Assembly: GCA_947444925.1 (NCBI GenBank)
Contig: CANFBW010000001.1
Coordinates: forward strand, 29,823-93,822
DNA length: 64,000 nucleotides
Reading direction: 5' to 3'
Source of the DNA: Flavobacteriales bacterium
Lineage (GTDB): Bacteria > Bacteroidota > Bacteroidia > Flavobacteriales_C > GCA-002722245
The number at the start of each line of letters is the position of its first letter. Within the stretch, counting starts at the first letter, position 1. Both the position numbers and the translations under genes were made by a program. Below the pieces are notes generated by a model. That model saw nothing but the letters and a program-made list of their open reading frames with translations. It was not told where the DNA came from and made no database searches. This document shows, piece by piece, positions 36,358 through 45,783 of the stretch.

Positions 36358-36476
36358 TAATAGATGGAAAATTGAAATGTTAGATCATAAAAGTAGCTTT
36401 TGAATTTGAGAATCACAAAGAAACAAGGGTGTTAGCTATATGTTTGTTGTTGTCAATTTCCAAAATAAGCAACGGA

Positions 36477-37430
36477 TCAATGCTGGCTTAAATGAGATAT
36501 AGCGTTTTTAAAACTAGGAAAAGCCATTATTTTCTTTGTAAACCACTCTCCTCCGCATTTGTTTAAGTGACCATTGTCGGCATACAGTGAGTCGGGAAGG
36601 TCACCTACTTGTTCTTTAGAGCAGAAAAGGTGTCCGTTTTTTTTGATGATGTCACTCACCCGTAAGTCATGTGCTTTTATATATGCTGCAACGGTTTTGT
36701 TGTGGTATTTTTGATTTGGGGATGGCATATTTACATACAAAATGGTTATGTTTTTGCGCTTAAAATATGAGCACACTTTTTCAAGATAGACATAAGATTT
36801 TTCGACGCTTCTGTATTCTTTTACAGCGGAGATTTTTCGTTGCTCGTTAATGTATGTGCCGCCATTGATGTCTAAGGATTGATTGCCGCTATTTTTTTTT
36901 GTTTTCTTTAATTCGTCATTGATCCAACAGGTGTATTTGATCAATCCATCAAGGTTTCCTCCTTTTAAGTAGGAGTACTCGCAGAATGTACCAGTAAAAT
37001 ACAGATCTAATTCAAGCGATGAAGGAATGTTTTTTTCTTCGACCAGTGCTTCAGCAGTGTATAAGGATTGACAGTCGATCCACAACAATAGTTTTGGACG
37101 AATGTGATTTGCAATAAATTCCGAAGTCCGGTCAATATCCCGAGCTGTGAAATGCCATGATGCAAAATTGTAGTAATGAAGATTTGGCGGTATCGATTTC
37201 AGTAGAACGGAAGTGTTTAAGTCATAATATGTAAGAGAACTTCCTATGCCGAGGATGTCAATTTCTTTAACTTGTGTGTGTTTTAAGTGCCACATTTTTA
37301 CGTCAAAAGAACCACTATCAGATAAGCGTGGTGCGATATTTTTTTGTTCAAGGTAAATGCGGTACAATACCATTGATCCATAGGTCAATAGCGTGAAAAT
37401 TAATATTTTATATAGCGTTTCTTTTTTCAA
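36477..37430 (-). CDS. Membrane-anchored SGNH-like protein, DltD/AlgJ-type partner of the MBOAT
   Basis: The ORF track starts inside the MBOAT gene. A TTG at 37430..37428 overlapping the MBOAT stop gives MKKETLYKILIFTLLTYGSMVLY, a signal anchor. DILGIGSSLTYYD is a candidate Ser-nucleophile block. The position directly downstream of the MBOAT mirrors DltB-DltD, PatA-PatB and AlgI-AlgJ pairs. Confidence 0.5.
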   Translation of the reverse strand: MKKETLYKILIFTLLTYGSMVLYRIYLEQKNIAPRLSDSGSFDVKMWHLKHTQVKEIDILGIGSSLTYYDLNTSVLLKSIPPNLHYYNFASWHFTARDIDRTSEFIANHIRPKLLLWIDCQSLYTAEALVEEKNIPSSLELDLYFTGTFCEYSYLKGGNLDGLIKYTCWINDELKKTKKNSGNQSLDINGGTYINEQRKISAVKEYRSVEKSYVYLEKVCSYFKRKNITILYVNMPSPNQKYHNKTVAAYIKAHDLRVSDIIKKNGHLFCSKEQVGDLPDSLYADNGHLNKCGGEWFTKKIMAFPSFKNAISHLSQH

Positions 37431-38869
37431 AATTGAAAATAGATGAATTGTTGATGTTGCATATTTCCAAAAAGTATGATCATCCAAATTGCAAATAAGT
37501 ATACTGGCCATCTAAGTGATTTAGAAGACCTAAAGAAGCGGGCATAAATGTCATGTCGGATGTCTAGCCATTCCAATGCAATCAAAAGGATTATTAACAT
37601 GAAGTCAATAAATAATCCTTTTGTCCCAATGTCATAGTTAACATTGATAGAAAGTCCTTTGATATTTAGTGTGAAGATGGTTTTGAAAGCACTCATTGCC
37701 TGACCAAAATTCTTTGCTCTAAATAAGATAAAAGCGAGTGCGACAAAGGAAAATGTGATTCCCGTTGCTAAGAAATTGAAAAGGTGGGTGTTGGTTTTGT
37801 TTTTGAGTTGTTTTCTTTTTTTCTTGGTTAAGATTTCTACGGAAAGGTAAATTCCGTGAACAAATCCATAACAAATAAAAGCCCAACTGGCGCCATGCCA
37901 TAAACCACTTAGTGTGAAAATTATCATAACCCCTAGTATTGGCGCCCATTTTCCTGCATCTCGCATGTTGATTACAATGGGAGTATATATATAATTGGTG
38001 AACCATGTGGTGAGTGATATGTGCCACTTTCTCCAAAATTCGGTTAGACTTTTACTGAAAAATGGCTTATTAAAATTGCTTACCAATTCAAATCCCATAA
38101 CCCTGGCAGTTCCCTTCGCTATTAAACTGTATCCCGCGAAATCACAATATACTTGTATTGTGAAAAAGAGAGTGGCTATTACTATTGGGAAAAAGGAATA
38201 TTGTGTTAGGTCGTTAAAAACGGTGTTGACATAAGTTGCCAGATTATCAGCGATTACTATTTTTTGCATAGCGCCCCAAAGCATCAGTTGTAAGCCATAC
38301 GTTATATCTTGCGTTTGAACGCCAGGATGGGTTTTAAGTTGAGGTAATAGGTGATTTCCTTTTTCTATTGGGCCTGCAACGAGTTGTGGGAAAAAGCAAA
38401 CAAATAGAGCGAAAATTCCAAGGTGTTTTTCTGCCTTTAATTCTCCTTTATAGACATCAATTAGGTAGCCTGTAATTTGAAATACATGAAATGAAATACC
38501 AATCGGCAAAGCCCATTTTAAGTAGGGAAAATGATGAAAAATATTGAGTCCTGTCAATGCACTGTTTATGTTGTCAATAGTAAAATCGTAATATTTAAAA
38601 ATGAACAATTGACCAAAATTACATACGAGACCTATTGTGAAAAGAACTTTCCTTTTATGAATTGAATTACTAGATTCCATGCCTAAGCTACATAGGTAGC
38701 TGATCACAATGGTAGCCAGTAATAGTAGTAGGTAGTCAAATCGCCAGCACGAATAGAAATAAATACTCGCTAGGAGTAGAGGGATCCACTTGTATTTTGA
38801 AGGGGTGCTTAAAAAAACAATCGCAACGGCAATAAAAAAAAACAGGTAGTCTACGGAATTAAAAAGCAT
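37427..38869 (-). CDS. MBOAT-family membrane-bound O-acyltransferase (DltB/AlgI/PatA-like)
   Basis: 480 aa and polytopic. The conserved His region is FWRKWHISLTTWFTNYIYTPI. The overall MBOAT pattern includes WHGASW. Confidence 0.85.
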   Translation of the reverse strand: MLFNSVDYLFFFIAVAIVFLSTPSKYKWIPLLLASIYFYSCWRFDYLLLLLATIVISYLCSLGMESSNSIHKRKVLFTIGLVCNFGQLFIFKYYDFTIDNINSALTGLNIFHHFPYLKWALPIGISFHVFQITGYLIDVYKGELKAEKHLGIFALFVCFFPQLVAGPIEKGNHLLPQLKTHPGVQTQDITYGLQLMLWGAMQKIVIADNLATYVNTVFNDLTQYSFFPIVIATLFFTIQVYCDFAGYSLIAKGTARVMGFELVSNFNKPFFSKSLTEFWRKWHISLTTWFTNYIYTPIVINMRDAGKWAPILGVMIIFTLSGLWHGASWAFICYGFVHGIYLSVEILTKKKRKQLKNKTNTHLFNFLATGITFSFVALAFILFRAKNFGQAMSAFKTIFTLNIKGLSINVNYDIGTKGLFIDFMLIILLIALEWLDIRHDIYARFFRSSKSLRWPVYLFAIWMIILFGNMQHQQFIYFQF

Positions 38870-38984
38870 TGTGCGTTTTTTTAATACCTATTAAAATCTT
38901 GATTTTTGTCGCGATAATCATGAAGTCATGTTGGTGCGCTAAAATAGTGGTTTTAATTGAAAACGAACAAACGTAAAATAAAAA

Positions 38985-39011
38985 CCCCTCAATTAAATTG
39001 AGGGGTTTTTT
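38985..39011. terminator. Bidirectional rho-independent terminator (cccctcaatttaattgagggg flanked by A- and T-runs)
   Basis: Perfect 8-bp GC-rich stem. On the minus strand it immediately follows the tRNA 3' end. Confidence 0.6.
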
Positions 39012-39012
39012 G

Positions 39013-39087
39013 TGGGAGCTATAGGATTCGAACCTATGACCCTCTGCTTGTAAGGCAGATGCTCTGAACCAGCTGAGCTAAGCTCCC
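39013..39087 (-). tRNA. tRNA-Val (anticodon UAC)
   Basis: The reverse complement folds as a cloverleaf: GGGAGCTTAGCTCAGCTGGTTCAGAGCATCTGCCTTACAAGCAGAGGGTCATAGGTTCGAATCCTATAGCTCCCA. The acceptor stem is GGGAGCT/AGCTCCC, the anticodon loop is CTTACAA, and the T-arm is GGTTCGAATCC. Confidence 0.85.
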
Positions 39088-39170
39088 TTAGTGGGCTGCA
39101 AATATAGAGGATATTTTACTTTACACAAATATTTTGCATTTTTTTTTCGGGTAAAATGAAAAAACTTTCT

Positions 39171-41294
39171 CTAATTTTTTCTGTCGTAGTAGAAAAGGCG
39201 CAGCAATGCTGGAAAAAATATGAAATCACTAATCCATGCGAAGATGATGGCAGAGGTGGAGAGAATACCAAAATCGATGATGAAAACAATGTTGCTGGTC
39301 AGCAATACCGCAAAACCGATTGCAAACATAATAGTTGTTGCAGTGCAAGGGTGCACAATGATGCGCACTGAGTCGGCAAAGAGCACGTTGATTGCATAAT
39401 TTTTACGCTGGTACAAGTTGTTTTTAAAGCTCCAGATAACGTGGAGTACATCGTCGGCTATCATGCCGACAACAACAGAGAAAATCACGGACGTTGCTAT
39501 GTCAAATGGAATATTGAGTAGCTTCATTAGTAAGGCAACAGCGCAAAGTGGAAAAATGGTTGCGAAAGTTGCGAGTAATCCAAGTTTCAAGTCGCGCACA
39601 AATACGGACATTACCAATAAAATCAAGATTACTGCAACAAATAAGCTTTCCAGCATTTCATCAACGATTACATTCATTTGTTCAATGTAAGCGGGTAAAT
39701 ACCCCACCGCTCTTGCTGAAATCGGTTCTTTGCCAATGGCTGAGTTGATTTTTGATTGCGCTGTATTGATCATTTTTTCCATCTCTTTTACAGAGCCAGA
39801 TGGAATTTGAATAGTGATGCGCGAATGCATTTGGTCTTTCGAAAGCAGACCCGCAGAAATGCCTTCGGCATCTTTTGGACTGCTGTATTTTAATTCACTA
39901 AGAAGCGGTTTCCACGCATCGTAGGCGACGGCACTCTTAATGTAAGGTAGTGTGAGTAGTTGTTTTCGCACGTGCGCAATGGTTCTCCAATCAGCATTGC
40001 TGAATGGTTTTCCATCTTCTTTGTCGACCATGAAGTCGATGATGTTTACAGAGCCAAAGTTTTTTTCAATGTAGTCTTTTGACATCCGTACTTTGTTGTC
40101 AGGTTTTATAAAACCGACCGTATCCGTATCAACTGTTACATAAGGAAATATGAAAACACCGGCCCCCATCCACACCAACATAATGATCATGACGATCCAC
40201 GCTAGGCGTTTGTTCAGTTTAGCATAGTATCCGTCTAACATCTTGTTCATCCAATCCATTTTTTCAATGTTTCGGTTCACGTCGATGCTGCGCACAACCA
40301 ATGGTGTGCCAATTAAAAATAGCACCACTAATCCGATCACAATCCCTAATGAAGTGAGCAAGCCGAATTGGTAAATGACTTTGATGTTGCTCAACATTAA
40401 GGACCCAAAGCCAATGATGTTGGTCAACGCCGAAGTAAGGATGGGGGGGATTTTTTTATTTAAATACTTGTCGACATCACTGCTTTGTTTAGTGACTAAG
40501 TGCATTGCAAATGAGAAGAAGTTGATGATGAACAGCAGTGGTACTATCAATGTAATCATATTGATTGGAACATTGAACCAGCCAAATAGCGACATAGCTG
40601 GCCATATGGCAAGGAGAACCAATGATGAGCAGAGAAGTAAGTATTTTGCTTTTCGCAAGCGCCACCAAAGTAGAAGAAAGATCAACGCATAGCACGAAGT
40701 GAAAAGCCATTTGGAATCTTGGGTGCTAAGGGCGTTGATTTCTGTAAAAATAACGCCAGCTCCAGTTAAATCTTTTTTAATTGTGGCTGGGATTTGCGGA
40801 TAAACCAATTTTTGCAAGGAATCCAGTAAAAGAGGGCGAATTCTATCGGGATCTTTGTTGAGTCGCACTCTCAAAAACATGGCCTCACCATTGGGATTGG
40901 TTGATTTGAAGTAGGTGTCTTCCATTTTGTGGACGTATTCTTCGCCCATCAAATCTTTCAAGGAAGTGAGGTTTAAGCGTGAAAAAGTTTGATCGAAACC
41001 GTGAATTTTGCGAATATTTTCGCTCGTTGCATATAGTTGATCAAGTTTCTGATCCTCACTAATGCCCTTCGGAAAAGTAAGATAGAGTACCATTACTTCG
41101 TCGTTGCCGAAGTAACTTTCAAATTCATTTTTATCGGGAAGTTGACGGGAATTTTCGGGATACCAATCTTCGGGACGATTGGCGATGTGTATTTTCAAAA
41201 TGGGAATACCTGATAGCAATACAATGGCAGTTAAGAGAATTAACAGCCACGGTTTTTTTGCCGCAAAACGGATATATTTTAAATACAATTTCAT
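39171..41294 (-). CDS. MMPL / RND-superfamily exporter (COG1033-like, two 6-TM bundles)
   Basis: About 700 aa with two hydrophobic blocks separated by soluble domains. The likely start is MKLYLKYIRFAAKKPWLLILLTAIVLL. The ORF track extends this to 41327. Confidence 0.65.
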   Translation of the reverse strand: MKLYLKYIRFAAKKPWLLILLTAIVLLSGIPILKIHIANRPEDWYPENSRQLPDKNEFESYFGNDEVMVLYLTFPKGISEDQKLDQLYATSENIRKIHGFDQTFSRLNLTSLKDLMGEEYVHKMEDTYFKSTNPNGEAMFLRVRLNKDPDRIRPLLLDSLQKLVYPQIPATIKKDLTGAGVIFTEINALSTQDSKWLFTSCYALIFLLLWWRLRKAKYLLLCSSLVLLAIWPAMSLFGWFNVPINMITLIVPLLFIINFFSFAMHLVTKQSSDVDKYLNKKIPPILTSALTNIIGFGSLMLSNIKVIYQFGLLTSLGIVIGLVVLFLIGTPLVVRSIDVNRNIEKMDWMNKMLDGYYAKLNKRLAWIVMIIMLVWMGAGVFIFPYVTVDTDTVGFIKPDNKVRMSKDYIEKNFGSVNIIDFMVDKEDGKPFSNADWRTIAHVRKQLLTLPYIKSAVAYDAWKPLLSELKYSSPKDAEGISAGLLSKDQMHSRITIQIPSGSVKEMEKMINTAQSKINSAIGKEPISARAVGYLPAYIEQMNVIVDEMLESLFVAVILILLVMSVFVRDLKLGLLATFATIFPLCAVALLMKLLNIPFDIATSVIFSVVVGMIADDVLHVIWSFKNNLYQRKNYAINVLFADSVRIIVHPCTATTIMFAIGFAVLLTSNIVFIIDFGILSTSAIIFAWISDFIFFPALLRLFYYDRKN

Positions 41295-41390
41295 TTTAAT
41301 ACACAGTGCTTTACGGTCAACACACAATTGTTTCCGGTAAAGCGATCGCTAAAGTAAGAAAAAGCAAAGATAGTTCTGCTGTAAAAGCAA

Positions 41391-42134
41391 TCAATATCGA
41401 GGTTTGGAGTGTTTTCCGGTTAGTTTAAAATAACCTTTCATGTACTTTCCTTTGATGCCCGCTCTGAACAAAGAGTAGATTCCTGCAAGAAAAAGTTCAG
41501 TGACACTGCGTGGCGTTGCATTGTAAAATCTTCGCGCAGAGGTCTTAACGTAAGTGCTTCTGATTAATTTAGAACGATAGTAAGGTGCGGCATCCACCCC
41601 GTATTTATAGTCTTCAAAAATAATTCCGTTGTTAAATCCGCCAATTTTATTGTGAATTTCTTTTGTTGAAAAGATGCAACAACCGTGCACTGCGGGTTTA
41701 AACCAACGCAAAACAGTAAGATAAATGTTGGAGTAGGCCCAGTATAGAAAACGGTAGTATAAGTTTTTTTCAGCGGCGTAAATTTTACTTCCTCCGACTT
41801 TAATGCCTCTTCGCACAATTTCGTCCATTGCTGTCTTCAGGAAATTTGCAGGAAGCACCACATCTGCGTCAAGAAAAAGAAGGTTTTCATAGATCGCGTT
41901 GTCGGCACCAATGTTTCTTTGCAGAGATATGTTGCGCAGATTGTCAAGTGCGATGAAGTTTATTGGCATGCCGTGTTCGTTTTTGAAACGAGCTGCTACT
42001 TCTGCTGTTTTGTCGTCAGAGCCTGCGTCTGATATAACAATTTCATATACAACACCTTTTTGTATGCGAATGCTTTCCAATAATTTCGGAAGGTAGTTTT
42101 CTTCGTTGAGCGTACAAATTACAATTGATACCAT
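41391..42134 (-). CDS. Family 2 glycosyltransferase
   Basis: MVSIVICTLNEENYLPKLLESI...ISDAGSDDKT...LFLDADV reads as the GT2 DxD-type Rossmann N-terminal domain. Confidence 0.8.
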   Translation of the reverse strand: MVSIVICTLNEENYLPKLLESIRIQKGVVYEIVISDAGSDDKTAEVAARFKNEHGMPINFIALDNLRNISLQRNIGADNAIYENLLFLDADVVLPANFLKTAMDEIVRRGIKVGGSKIYAAEKNLYYRFLYWAYSNIYLTVLRWFKPAVHGCCIFSTKEIHNKIGGFNNGIIFEDYKYGVDAAPYYRSKLIRSTYVKTSARRFYNATPRSVTELFLAGIYSLFRAGIKGKYMKGYFKLTGKHSKPRY

Positions 42135-42173
42135 CCCCTAAATATAATGTTAGTGTTGTAGTTTTGTTTTGAA

Positions 42174-43316
42174 TTAAATTGATCCTGCCAAATGAGATTT
42201 GTTGTTTTCGGCAAGAATGTCGTCGGCGGTTATTTTCAAATGCTTAACATGTGAAACCACGCCTTCAAAGAAGGAGAAAGATTTGTACCAATCTGCGTTG
42301 TTTTCCTCTAAGGTTTCCTTAATGATATCAGTAAGTGCCGGGTAATGGATGTGACACACTTCAGGAAAAAGATGATGGGCGATGTGAAGGTTGAACCCAC
42401 CAAAAATAAAATTTGAAACTGGACTGTCAGGATTAAAGTCGATGGTTGTAATTACTTGATGTCTTGACCAAGCGTCATGTACAACGTGGTTTGCTTCATC
42501 AGCTTCCACGTAAGGAACTTCTACCACGTGATGAGAAATGAAGAAGGTGTAAGTTAAAGCTAAGGAAACCAGCATGTGCATGATTACGAAGGCTGCGATA
42601 ATTTCAAACAAGGAAAAAGTATCGCCTAACAAAATGTATGGTAATGCGATGAAGTTGAAGAAATATACAAGCTTTAGCAGAATCACTTTAAGCAATTCGT
42701 AAAATGGAACATGATTGAATTTTAAATTCGCGTGGTCTTTTCTGTAAAAGAAGGTGAAGTCGATGAATATGATCCAAATTAAAGAGGAGAACATGTACAG
42801 AAATGAAGCGTAAATGTGTTGAAATTTATGGAGTTTGTGCGTTTTTTGACCTGGGTGCAGCAAAAGCATGTTGGTTATTTCCAAGTCGGAATCGTAGTTG
42901 AATACATTTGGAAAAATATGATGGGAACTATTGTGGCGAATTTGCCAAAAATAGCCGCTCATTCCATTAATGCCGAATACCATTTGAAAAATAAAGTTGT
43001 CCACCTTTTTGTTGCCTGTAATACAGTGGTGCGCGGCATCGTGCCCGATATTGATGCCTACTATTAAAAGAGATGTGGCAACAACAATGTATAATAATGT
43101 TAATGTTAGAAAAGATCCAGCATGCAAAAGAGCATAATAAGCTACAATTGCCAAGAGCATCATCGAGATGAATTTCACCCAAAGATAGGTGTTGCCATTT
43201 TTTCCGCCTTTTTGAGAAGCGAAGTACTTTTCAGACTTGGCTCTTATTTGTTTGAAGATATGATCCGAGGTGTCCTTCGACTCATACTTCATTTTTTTCT
43301 TTTCAAAAGATTTCAT
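42174..43316 (-). CDS. Membrane fatty-acid desaturase (three His boxes)
   Basis: The three His boxes are HDAAHH, HNSSHH and HIAHHLFP, with four TM helices. 380 aa. Confidence 0.8.
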   Translation of the reverse strand: MKSFEKKKMKYESKDTSDHIFKQIRAKSEKYFASQKGGKNGNTYLWVKFISMMLLAIVAYYALLHAGSFLTLTLLYIVVATSLLIVGINIGHDAAHHCITGNKKVDNFIFQMVFGINGMSGYFWQIRHNSSHHIFPNVFNYDSDLEITNMLLLHPGQKTHKLHKFQHIYASFLYMFSSLIWIIFIDFTFFYRKDHANLKFNHVPFYELLKVILLKLVYFFNFIALPYILLGDTFSLFEIIAAFVIMHMLVSLALTYTFFISHHVVEVPYVEADEANHVVHDAWSRHQVITTIDFNPDSPVSNFIFGGFNLHIAHHLFPEVCHIHYPALTDIIKETLEENNADWYKSFSFFEGVVSHVKHLKITADDILAENNKSHLAGSI

Positions 43317-43516
43317 CTTGAATATTTATAATCCAGCGAACAAAGGTAGTAAAATAATTTGTTGGTGGGATGGGCTTTGGTAAAATTCGGATAACTTAGT
43401 TAAGTTTCTGATATTTAGTATTTTGAGTTGTGAATAAGCCGAAAGATTGACAAGGGTCATACTGCACACGCTCGGTAATTGTAAAGTTAAAAATGGTCTG
43501 CTCGCCCTCTCTTCAA

Positions 43517-45229
43517 TTATTGCAATCTTATTTCGTCAACGAAAATCCATGCAGGATGTCCTTCGCCTGTAAATCCTTCTGGTATGATTGTCTTTTTTGC
43601 GATGACTTTAATGAATTTGCTTTGTGTGGCAGAAAAATCAACGGTGATGGTTACTGTTTGTTTGCCGATTTTAGCTTGTGTTTTTTCTGCAATTAACTTG
43701 AAATTTTTTCCATCATCTGAACTGTAGATTTCAATTTTTTCGGGGTGGTGTATCCAAGCGTTGACTTGATTGTGAAAAGTCATCGCAATGGAGGAAAGGG
43801 TTGTGTTTGGATTTAAAGTCACAATCGCTTCAAGGTCCTCTCCTTCGAAGCTTACCCACTCTCCATCGGAAAACGAGGCCGATCCACTAATGCCATTGAG
43901 TAGTGTTGCTGCGCCGTTTTTACTTGCGTATTTGTTGCTCGGTGCATGTACTAAGTGGATTTCATTGCCAACACCTTTGTGTATGAAGTATTCTTCGGTA
44001 AATAGTTCGCCTGCGGCTTCTTCGCCATTATAAGCCATCGCGTTTAAAGTACAGCCCTTTTGAATGGCAAGTGGCATGTTGTATTTTTGGGAATGGGTGG
44101 TAGGTGTTTGTCCGTCGAGGGTGTAATAAATAGCGAGTTCTTTTTTACCGCTTTTAAGTTGTACTGCAATTTCACCACTCTGCTTTGCGCTTACATACGA
44201 AGCTGACACGTCAAAATATTTTTCTTTTGTGATGGTGTTCAATCCTTCGTTCATAGCGGGAAAATCAAGAAGTTCAATTTTTTTTACCGCTCCCCACGTG
44301 GTGAAGCAATGGCCAAGCATGTTTTGATTTTGAAGTGCAAATGAATATTTGATAAGGGCTTGCGCTGCTTTGACATCGGTATAGCTGCAGGGCAAGACTT
44401 TAAATCCTTTTTCCAAAAACAGGTCAATAGAGCCGTAACTTGAACGCACATTGTAATGCCAATCGCAAATCACAATGTCGTTGGGTATCATGTCTATTGC
44501 TGAAGAGGTGCCAACCGCTGAGGCTTCCCATGCGCCATAGTTGAATTGGGTCGCTTCAATCAGACGATCCCCCCAAATCATCATTTGAAGTTTTTTTTCT
44601 TTGACGAAGTGGTCGTGAAATTCATTAATAGCAATGGCCAATAGTTTGGCTGGATTTTTTCCGAAGGTGGCAGGGGATTTTGCGTTTCCTATCAAAAATA
44701 TTTCGTCCATTCCTAAGTGAATACCGTCGGCGTCGAATGCCGCTACAATTTCATCGATAAGTGCAAAAACAATTTCATTCACTTTTGGATTGGTAATGTC
44801 CCATTCTCTGCAATAAATACTATCGTTATTGGGAAAGGCGCCCGGCGTCAGGTCAAGTTCAGGGTATTTTTTAAGCAGAGAAGCAGTGTTCTGTTTCCAG
44901 GATTGGTGGCCGATGCACTGAAATTCAGGAATCAATCGGATGTTGTTTTTTTTGCACGACGCAGCAAAACTTTTGGCTCCATCAGCACTGATCGGTCGGG
45001 CACCATTGATGAGTTCAGGATGACTTTCAAATTCAAAATTGTAATCTACTTCAAGGATCAAGAGATTGATTCCTTTTTTTGAAAGTTCAGGTAGTTGCAG
45101 GCTAAGTCTATCAAGATCGGCATCAGTGCTATAATCGAGTAAGTGCAGGGCCGTCCATTTTTTGTCCATTTGCGCCGAGGCAGCTGTAGTCAAAAACAAA
45201 TATAAAATTGACAGAAATAGTGCTTTCAT
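43517..45229 (-). CDS. Secreted glycoside hydrolase, GH20-like TIM barrel with a C-terminal F5/8 type C (discoidin) domain
   Basis: Signal peptide. IRLIPEFQCIGHQ and IHLGMDEI resemble the GH20 blocks (V)IPEID.PGH and H.GGDE. The C-terminal ~150 aa are beta-sandwich-like. The function call is moderate to weak. Confidence 0.45.
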   Translation of the reverse strand: MKALFLSILYLFLTTAASAQMDKKWTALHLLDYSTDADLDRLSLQLPELSKKGINLLILEVDYNFEFESHPELINGARPISADGAKSFAASCKKNNIRLIPEFQCIGHQSWKQNTASLLKKYPELDLTPGAFPNNDSIYCREWDITNPKVNEIVFALIDEIVAAFDADGIHLGMDEIFLIGNAKSPATFGKNPAKLLAIAINEFHDHFVKEKKLQMMIWGDRLIEATQFNYGAWEASAVGTSSAIDMIPNDIVICDWHYNVRSSYGSIDLFLEKGFKVLPCSYTDVKAAQALIKYSFALQNQNMLGHCFTTWGAVKKIELLDFPAMNEGLNTITKEKYFDVSASYVSAKQSGEIAVQLKSGKKELAIYYTLDGQTPTTHSQKYNMPLAIQKGCTLNAMAYNGEEAAGELFTEEYFIHKGVGNEIHLVHAPSNKYASKNGAATLLNGISGSASFSDGEWVSFEGEDLEAIVTLNPNTTLSSIAMTFHNQVNAWIHHPEKIEIYSSDDGKNFKLIAEKTQAKIGKQTVTITVDFSATQSKFIKVIAKKTIIPEGFTGEGHPAWIFVDEIRLQ

Positions 45230-45783
45230 AATACATAGTTAGTATTGACAAAACTAAACTATTTGTGCGCTAGGGGTGCTGTTGAAGCACCGGACAAATG
45301 CTGGACGAATACTTTTTTTTCGTGTCTGTGAAATGGCTTGATTGTGCTTAAGTATTGATCATTGAGTGCTTTGAGACGTTGAAGCGAAACAATGTTCGAT
45401 CTGGCTCTTTAAATTGGTTTTTTGTAAAAGGAGTGAAAGTAAGGTTGTTTGCACAAGGCAATGTGCAAAGACACAGTGTCGTCATAGGTAGGATTTCAAA
45501 CATCAATAAATATCAACATGATTATACATAATTGGACCAGTCCTTTGACAGAAGTGGTGATAGATGCTTCAAAAAACGAAACTTCGTTTCTCCTCTTAAT
45601 CTCAAATTTCAGGAGGGCAATCATTCTCGAAATGCCTATGTGGAAAATCGTCCGCATTTGTCTTCCTGAGGTACTCCGAAGGATCTATCGCCCTAAACAT
45701 AAATCTACTGTTATGATTCCAGATAATCATATATCAAATGACTATTTTAGCACCAACAATTGCAACCCTTTAAAACAGAACCT

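Noticed and set aside
33272-43316. An interpretation of the ACP, hotdog, SDR, GT2 and MMPL genes as a flexirubin or aryl-polyene pigment cluster.
   Set aside because: The block and its flanks contain no ketosynthase, no AMP ligase or ammonia-lyase and no DarA/DarB or LolA-like genes. An MBOAT plus SGNH pair and an FkbH-like loader are not part of those clusters.
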